Positions 17,292-23,130 of a stretch of DNA of 23,130 bases are shown piece by piece. The translations under genes were made by a program, and so were the position numbers. This DNA comes from Calditrichia bacterium (GTDB lineage: Bacteria; Calditrichota; Calditrichia; RBG-13-44-9): contig JARRQT010000032.1 of the NCBI GenBank assembly GCA_037381445.1, forward strand, positions 1 to 23,130, given 5' to 3'. Each line of letters opens with the position of its first letter. Position 1 is the stretch's first letter. The notes under the pieces are model-generated. The model was not told the origin of the DNA, searched no databases, and saw nothing but the letters and a program-made list of their open reading frames with translations.

Positions 17292-17484
17292 TCTCTATTT
17301 TCCTCCAGTCACATATAAGTTTTATAGCTCGCAAATATAAACCTTCATTTAACTTATTTCACATCGCTAAGTACTTTTTAGTTGCAATGCCGCGGCATTT
17401 TAGGAATATTTAAATTCATTGTTGCCGGAACTTTCCCCTGCCACGGGAATATGTGTTTATTGGTACTTGAGTATTGTGATTTAT

Positions 17485-19332
17485 ATGAAAGAACGATTAC
17501 AGGAAAAACTGGATAACCTGAGCACCCAGCCGGGCGTTTATCAGTTTTTTAATGTCTCGGGAAAAGTCATTTATGTGGGCAAGGCGAAGAACCTGCGCAG
17601 CCGTGTCCGCAGTTATTTCCAGGATTCCAGGAATCTTGATCCCAAGACCCGGGCGCTGGTGAAAAATGTCGCCGATCTGCAGGTGATTATCGTGGATAAC
17701 GAAGTGGAAGCCCTGATTCTGGAATCAAATTTGATAAAAAAGCATAAACCGCGATACAATGTAATCCTGCGCGACGATAAAAGCTATCCCTATATTCGGA
17801 TTACAAATGAGCCTTTTCCCAGGGTATTTGTCACACGGAAAATTATCCGCGACGGTAGCCGCTATCTGGGACCCTACACCGACGTCAAGCATCTTCGCCG
17901 GATCATGAAAATTCTGCACAAGATTTTCCCGATCCGCTCCTGCAAATACCATCTGGATGAGAAATCCATCCGCGCCCTGCGCTATAAAGTCTGCCTGGAT
18001 TATCATATCAAGCGCTGCCAGGGACCCTGCGAGGGATTGGTATCGCAGGAGGAATACCACCATATGATCCATCAGGTGGAACAGTTCCTGAAAGGCAAAA
18101 CCAAAGACCTGGTGCAGGAACTGCGTAATCTGATGCAAAGGGAAGCGGAAAAGCAGAATTTTGAGCGGGCCGCGCGCCTGCGGGACCAGATCGAGATGAT
18201 TGAAAATTATGCTTTCAACGGCCAGAAGGTCGCCATGACCGATTTCGAGGACCGGGATGTGGTGGCTGTGGCAGTGGAAGGCGAGGACGCCTGCAGCGTG
18301 GTGTTCAAGGTCCGGGACGGCAAAGTTGTGGGCAGACAGCATTTTTACATGGAAGGCGTTGCCGAGAAACCCATGGAAGAGGTGATCGAACAGTTTGTTC
18401 AGCAGTATTATGTTGAAACCGATTATTTGCCGCAGCAAGTTCTGATACCCAAAGACCTGGGAGAACAGGACCGGGTTATTGGTGAATGGCTGAGCCGGCA
18501 GGCCGGACATAGGGTGGAACTGGTAGTGCCGCAAATCGGTGAGAAGAAAAAGCTGATGAATCTCTGTCAGAAGAATGCTCGTTTTCTTCTGGATGAACTC
18601 CTCCTGCAGAAATTCAAGAAAAAGGATTATCTTGCTTATAATGTACGGGCGCTGCAGAAAGACCTGAAGCTGGAAAATCCCCCGGTGAGAATTGAGGCCT
18701 TTGATATTTCCAATTTTCAGGGGAGAGATGCAGTAGCCTCCATGGTTTGCTTTGTGAACGGCAAACCGCATAAAAGCGATTATCGCCATTTTAAAATCCG
18801 CAGCAAAGATACGCCGGACGATTTTGCCATGATGCGTGAAGTTGTCCATCGCCGCTATAAACGGCTGCTGGATGAGACACAGGAATTTCCCGATCTTATC
18901 ATGGTGGACGGGGGAAAAGGTCAGTTGTCAAGCGCGGTGCAGGTATTGAAGGAATTGCATGTGACAGATCAGCCCATTATCGGGCTTGCCAAACGTCTGG
19001 AGGAAGTGTTCGTGCCCGGCCACAGTGATCCACAGAACATTCCCAAAAGCTCGGCGGGATTAAAACTGCTGCAGCAGGTCAGGGATGAATCCCACCGCTT
19101 CGCGATTACCTATCACCGGAAAGTACGGGATAAGCGAACCATGAAATCCCCGCTGGATGACGTAATGGGAATTGGTGAGAAGCGGAAACAGCAGTTGCTG
19201 AAGACTTTCGGATCGCTGAAAAAAATCCGGGAGGCAAGTCAGGAAGAACTTGTCAGTAAAGGGAAACTACCGAAAAATGTGGCAGAGGACTTATTCAGAT
19301 TTTTTCATGAAAAAGAGGTCAGCGTCGATTAG
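17485..19332 (+). CDS. uvrC: Excinuclease ABC subunit C
   Basis: GIY-YIG domain (PGVY...YVGKAKNLRSRV), Cys cluster (CLDYHIKRCQGPC), UVR domain (FERAARLRDQI), RIEAFDISN, PDLIMVDGGKGQ, RDESHRFA and C-terminal HhH. ATG at 17485 is preferred over the TTG at 17419. Confidence 0.97.
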   Translation: MKERLQEKLDNLSTQPGVYQFFNVSGKVIYVGKAKNLRSRVRSYFQDSRNLDPKTRALVKNVADLQVIIVDNEVEALILESNLIKKHKPRYNVILRDDKSYPYIRITNEPFPRVFVTRKIIRDGSRYLGPYTDVKHLRRIMKILHKIFPIRSCKYHLDEKSIRALRYKVCLDYHIKRCQGPCEGLVSQEEYHHMIHQVEQFLKGKTKDLVQELRNLMQREAEKQNFERAARLRDQIEMIENYAFNGQKVAMTDFEDRDVVAVAVEGEDACSVVFKVRDGKVVGRQHFYMEGVAEKPMEEVIEQFVQQYYVETDYLPQQVLIPKDLGEQDRVIGEWLSRQAGHRVELVVPQIGEKKKLMNLCQKNARFLLDELLLQKFKKKDYLAYNVRALQKDLKLENPPVRIEAFDISNFQGRDAVASMVCFVNGKPHKSDYRHFKIRSKDTPDDFAMMREVVHRRYKRLLDETQEFPDLIMVDGGKGQLSSAVQVLKELHVTDQPIIGLAKRLEEVFVPGHSDPQNIPKSSAGLKLLQQVRDESHRFAITYHRKVRDKRTMKSPLDDVMGIGEKRKQQLLKTFGSLKKIREASQEELVSKGKLPKNVAEDLFRFFHEKEVSVD

Positions 19333-19351
19333 ACCTTTGGACCCTGCGCTT

Positions 19352-20122
19352 TCACTTTTGATCATTATTCAGAAAATTATTTAGCCAATTTCTGAAATCT
19401 TTCCCCATCCAAAGATCTCCGAAAAGTTCGGTTTCGGTTTGGACGGCCGCGTTATAACCGTCCGTATCGATTCTGCGGGCGATTTCAAGAAAGGCGCCAA
19501 TGGCTGCCGCGGAGTTGGCAGTAATCATGCGGGCCAGCGACATGGCGCTATCCGGCAATTGATCGTTTGGGACCACCCTATCCACCAGGCCCTGCCGGAG
19601 TGCGTCCGCTGCAGCAAGATCCTCTGAGGTCAACAGAAGCTTCAATGCCCGGCTGCGCCCCAATAGTTTGAAAAGCCGCACGCCGCCGCCCCATCCGGTA
19701 ATTACTCCGTTTGCCGCCTGCCGAAATGAAAAAATGGCATGCTCCGCCGCGATGCGAAAATGACAGGCGGTCAAAATTTCGCAACCACCGCCCAAGGCCC
19801 TGCCATTTACGGCGGCGATTACCACTTTGTCGCCGCTCCAAAACCGATCCAGAATTTTCTGCATGCGGCGTGACATTTCGAGGGCCTGTTCGCGGGTGCT
19901 GAAGGCGGCAAAGTATTTCAGATCGCCGCCGGCGCAAAAAGATTCCCGGCCGGTCCCCGTGAGAATAACCACCTTCACCCCATTGTCGCCATAAATCCGG
20001 GCCTGAATTTCTTCCAGCTTCGACATCGCCGCATCATTCAACGCATTATGCACTTCCGGCCGGTTCAAGCGGATAATAGCGATGTCGTCCTGTTGCTCAA
20101 AAACCACTGTGTCATTGCTCAT
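19352..20122 (-). CDS. Enoyl-CoA hydratase/isomerase (crotonase) family protein
   Basis: IRLNRPEVHNAL, FCAGGDL, IAAVNGRALGGGCE, GWGG, GLVDRVV. ATG at 20122 (MSNDTVV) is likely; 20146 is an alternative start. Confidence 0.9.
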   Translation of the reverse strand: MSNDTVVFEQQDDIAIIRLNRPEVHNALNDAAMSKLEEIQARIYGDNGVKVVILTGTGRESFCAGGDLKYFAAFSTREQALEMSRRMQKILDRFWSGDKVVIAAVNGRALGGGCEILTACHFRIAAEHAIFSFRQAANGVITGWGGGVRLFKLLGRSRALKLLLTSEDLAAADALRQGLVDRVVPNDQLPDSAMSLARMITANSAAAIGAFLEIARRIDTDGYNAAVQTETELFGDLWMGKDFRNWLNNFLNNDQK

Positions 20123-20169
20123 TTTCGGATTCTGCTTTCTAATCACACATATATTCCGCCATATTTAGT

Positions 20170-20197
20170 AAAAAGCCCTGAATGAATTTTTCAGGGC
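20170..20197 (-). terminator. Intrinsic terminator downstream of phhA
   Basis: Minus strand GCCCTGAA-aaattca-TTCAGGGC-TTTTT. Confidence 0.8.
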
Positions 20198-20245
20198 AGG
20201 CAAAAGAATAGCCGCTCGCAGCAATATAGAAAGCCGCATCAGGTA

Positions 20246-21070
20246 TTAAAAAAGATTCCGGTAACGTGCCCACTCGTAAAATCCTTCTTCCAGTTGCTCA
20301 AAGGAATCGATGACATACAGGAGAGGCTGCATGTGCCAGACATCATAATCCTGCTCGGCCATTTTATAGACATTGAACGGCCGCTTCTCCACTTTCTTCG
20401 TCAGACTATGCTGCACTTCCGCATAGGACGATATGATACCGTTGCCGTAAATCCTCAGGCCCTGTGCAGTATGGACCAGCCCGAATTCCACGGTAAACCA
20501 GTAAATTCTTTCCAGCCGCCGCCTGTCATATCCTTGCGCCTTCAGGGCCGCCTGCCCGATTTTCTGATAGAAATCAGCGAAAGAGGGATTGGTAATCATG
20601 GGCGTGTGCCCGAAAATATCGTGGAACAGATCAGGAGCAGGTGTGTAATCGAGCTCGTGACGGGGCCGGATGTAATCGGTGGAAGGAAACACCCGGCGGG
20701 CCAGCCGCTCGAAGAAATCCCCTTCATACAGAAGTCCCGGCACCCGTGCCACCTGCCATTGAGTGGTTTCCTGCAGTACTTTTCCCACATCGCCCAAATA
20801 AGGTATCTCCCGGGGAGGAAATTTCATTAATTCCAGCCCCTCCAGATATTCATCGCAGGCGCGTCCGGGCAGCAGCTTTAGTTGCCGCTCGAACATGATC
20901 CTCCAGGTTTCATGGTCCTCCTCAGGGTAGTCCGGATACCTGATATCAAATCCTTCCGGGGCGGATCCTTCCAGTTTAACGGGAACACAGCGGGGATCCT
21001 GTCCTTCCTTTCCTGCCTTTTCAAAAGCAGACCGAGATTCCTGTTTATTTCTATTATCTTGAGTATTCAT
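20246..21070 (-). CDS. phhA: Phenylalanine 4-monooxygenase (pterin-dependent aromatic amino acid hydroxylase)
   Basis: Fe-binding 2-His-1-Glu triad PDLFHDIFGH...YWFTVEFGL, plus YGNGIISS and QPLLYVIDSF; bacterial catalytic-domain-only size. Confidence 0.9.
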   Translation of the reverse strand: MNTQDNRNKQESRSAFEKAGKEGQDPRCVPVKLEGSAPEGFDIRYPDYPEEDHETWRIMFERQLKLLPGRACDEYLEGLELMKFPPREIPYLGDVGKVLQETTQWQVARVPGLLYEGDFFERLARRVFPSTDYIRPRHELDYTPAPDLFHDIFGHTPMITNPSFADFYQKIGQAALKAQGYDRRRLERIYWFTVEFGLVHTAQGLRIYGNGIISSYAEVQHSLTKKVEKRPFNVYKMAEQDYDVWHMQPLLYVIDSFEQLEEGFYEWARYRNLF

Positions 21071-21150
21071 GATCTTCCCCCTAAGTTGATGACATACCTG
21101 CTTATTGCGTCTATCCCCCTCAAAAAATCGCTTCCCATCCTCATAATTCT

Positions 21151-23127
21151 CTAATACGCCTGGCGGATGGCATCCACAGTTGAAGCATCCTCCAGGCTGC
21201 TCAAATCGCCGGGTTCCTCCCCCAGATAGGCTGCGCGGATCACCCGGTGCATCACCTTGGCGTTGCGTGTCTTGGGGAGCGCAGCGGCAAATTTTATTTC
21301 CCTGGGTTTCAGCGGCTTGCCAAGTTCGGTTTCCAGTAAATTCAGCAACGCCTGACGCAGCTCTTCACTGGGTTTGATCTCAGGTTTGAGAACACAAAAG
21401 ACTACAACCTCCTCTCCCTTGATTTTATCCGGCACACCAATGGCGGCAGAATCCGCTACCACGGGATGGGCATTCACCACCGATTCCACTTCCGCCGGAC
21501 CCAGGCGCTTCCCGGCAACTTTGATGGTATCATCGCTTCTCCCCAGGATATACCACAGCCCGTCCTCATCAATCGCCGCATAATCGCCGTGAACCCACAG
21601 CCCGGGGATACGATTCCAGTAAGTTTCCAGATAGCGTTCCTTATTTTTCCAGAATCCGCGGGTCATCCCAATCCAGGGCTGGCGGATGACCAGTTCCCCT
21701 ACCGCATTGCGCACCGGTTCGCCCTGCTCATTCACCACATCCGCATCCATCCCCGGCACCGGCCCCGAAAAGGCGCACGGTTTCAATGGTTTGAAAAAAT
21801 TCCCGCTCAGAATTCCGCCGCTGATTTCCGTTCCACCGGAATAATTGATAATGGGTTTTTCGCCCTTCAGCACAGACTGAAAGGTCCATTGCCAGGATTC
21901 CGGGTCCCAGGGGCTGCCGGTGGAGCCGATGGACCTCAGGCTGGACACATTGTGACGGCGGACGGGACCCGTTCCATGGGATTTTACGCTGCGGATCAGC
22001 GTGGGTGTGATACCGATATGATTCACCCGGTGCTTTTCAATGAGTGCCCACACCCGATCCACATCCGGATAATCCGGGGCACCATCGTAAAACACCATGG
22101 TGGCACCGATCAATAAAATCCCAAACACCTCCCAGGGCCCCATCATCCAGCCCATATCACTCATCCAGTACATGGTTTCGCCGGGTTTGACGTCCATGGA
22201 ATGATACATATCCTGCGCAGCCTTGATGGGAAAACCGCAGTGGGTGTGCACCGCGCCCTTGGGAATACCGGTAGTCCCGCTGGTGTATATGATCATCAGA
22301 ATGTCTTCTGCCAGCGTTCTTTCCGTTTCCGCCACTGGCGATTGACCGGGAACAACGTCTTCCCACCACACATCCCGCGCTTTGGCCCAGGGGATATCCC
22401 GGGCTCCGGTGAGATTTACAACGACCAGTTTTTTAACCGAAGGAACCTGCGTTAGCGCTTCATCGGCAATGGATTTCATGTGGATCAGTTTCTCCCGGCG
22501 AATCATGCCATCGGCTGTGAAGAGCAGCTTTGCACCGGCGTCCTTTAAACGGGTGGCAATGGCGGCCGGACCATAGCCGCTGAAGAGCGGGAGAATGATT
22601 CCCCCGATTTTTATGATCGCCAGAAAAGCGATAGCCAGTTCGGGAATCATCGGCATAAACAGGCCCACCGCATCCCCTTTGCCGATGCCCATTTCGCGCA
22701 GGGCATTGGCGCAGCAGTTTACTTCTTCAAACAGTTCGCCGTAGGTCAATGTGCGGGTTTTCCCGCTCTCATTTTCCCATTTTAAAGCCGGAAGTTCTCT
22801 GGTAGGCGTCTCCTGCCACTTATCGAGACAGTTGTGGATGATATTCATTTCACCATCCACGCACCAGCGGGGAAACTGAATGCCTTCTGAAAGATCAAGA
22901 ATTTTGCTGTAAGGTTTATAAAACCGGATATCCAAATCCCTGATCACCGCATCCCAAAACCAGGAAATGTCCTGCAGTGAGCGCTGCATCAGGGTATCAT
23001 AATCAGGAATCTGGTATTGATTCATAAACCGCCGGAGGTTGCTTTCATTTATCCATTTGGGATTGGGATGCCAGGCGATGGGTTGTTTGAAAGGGAAATT
23101 AGCGGTTGTTGAGGATGGATTCGGCAT
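21151..23127 (-). CDS. AMP-forming acyl-CoA synthetase, acetoacetyl-CoA-synthetase-like subfamily
   Basis: YTSGTTGIPKG AMP-binding motif, HGD, GRSDDTIKVAGKRLGPAEVE, LPKTRNAK (catalytic Lys). It has STGSP and YSGGTE where acetyl-CoA synthetases typically have SVGEP and WWQTE. The start lies at the window edge, so the RBS is not visible. Confidence 0.88.
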   Translation of the reverse strand: MPNPSSTTANFPFKQPIAWHPNPKWINESNLRRFMNQYQIPDYDTLMQRSLQDISWFWDAVIRDLDIRFYKPYSKILDLSEGIQFPRWCVDGEMNIIHNCLDKWQETPTRELPALKWENESGKTRTLTYGELFEEVNCCANALREMGIGKGDAVGLFMPMIPELAIAFLAIIKIGGIILPLFSGYGPAAIATRLKDAGAKLLFTADGMIRREKLIHMKSIADEALTQVPSVKKLVVVNLTGARDIPWAKARDVWWEDVVPGQSPVAETERTLAEDILMIIYTSGTTGIPKGAVHTHCGFPIKAAQDMYHSMDVKPGETMYWMSDMGWMMGPWEVFGILLIGATMVFYDGAPDYPDVDRVWALIEKHRVNHIGITPTLIRSVKSHGTGPVRRHNVSSLRSIGSTGSPWDPESWQWTFQSVLKGEKPIINYSGGTEISGGILSGNFFKPLKPCAFSGPVPGMDADVVNEQGEPVRNAVGELVIRQPWIGMTRGFWKNKERYLETYWNRIPGLWVHGDYAAIDEDGLWYILGRSDDTIKVAGKRLGPAEVESVVNAHPVVADSAAIGVPDKIKGEEVVVFCVLKPEIKPSEELRQALLNLLETELGKPLKPREIKFAAALPKTRNAKVMHRVIRAAYLGEEPGDLSSLEDASTVDAIRQAY

Positions 23128-23130
23128 GAT

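Noticed and set aside
16751..17340. Alternative-frame ORFs over secG and the tRNA (poly-Ser/Asn, poly-Leu, poly-Ala/Val)
   Set aside because: They are by-products of the CAG/CAA repeats and overlap a clear tRNA and secG.
17725..18849. 374-aa minus-strand ORF
   Set aside because: Antisense shadow of uvrC with no independent coding features. The same applies to the shadow ORFs over ribBA, recN, the pseudokinase, phhA and the ligase.
1..23130. CRISPR arrays, IS elements, prophage or defence genes, recoding signals
   Set aside because: I saw no regularly spaced repeats, transposase or phage motifs, split genes or in-frame stops in the recognised genes.

Overview
This is a largely core-genome window from a bacterium that looks FCB-related (Calditrichota/Ignavibacteria-like; inferred from the PorZ-like protein, the MurA GGCAWGPRP loop and the general gene style). 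In order it holds: cysS (minus strand, cut by the left edge and missed by the ORF track); an 81-aa orphan protein; an FMN riboswitch with terminator/antiterminator leading the ribD-ribE-ribBA-ribH operon; a PorZ-like beta-propeller protein with a T9SS-type C-terminal domain; recN; murA; a degenerate histidine-kinase-like protein; two divergent MFS transporters; a NudL-type CoA pyrophosphatase; tRNA-Leu(GAG) behind a secG with a polyglutamine tail; uvrC; and a minus-strand run of acetoacetyl-CoA-synthetase-like ligase, phenylalanine hydroxylase and a crotonase-family enzyme. I found no CRISPR array, transposase, integrase or prophage, and I cannot support a complete new multi-gene system. The best leads are the orphan pseudo-histidine kinase, the possible Sm-fold orphan protein, structured non-coding segments (the peptide-transporter leader and the ribBA-ribH spacer), an extra hairpin in the FMN aptamer, the polyQ SecG tail and a crotonase lacking its second catalytic Glu.
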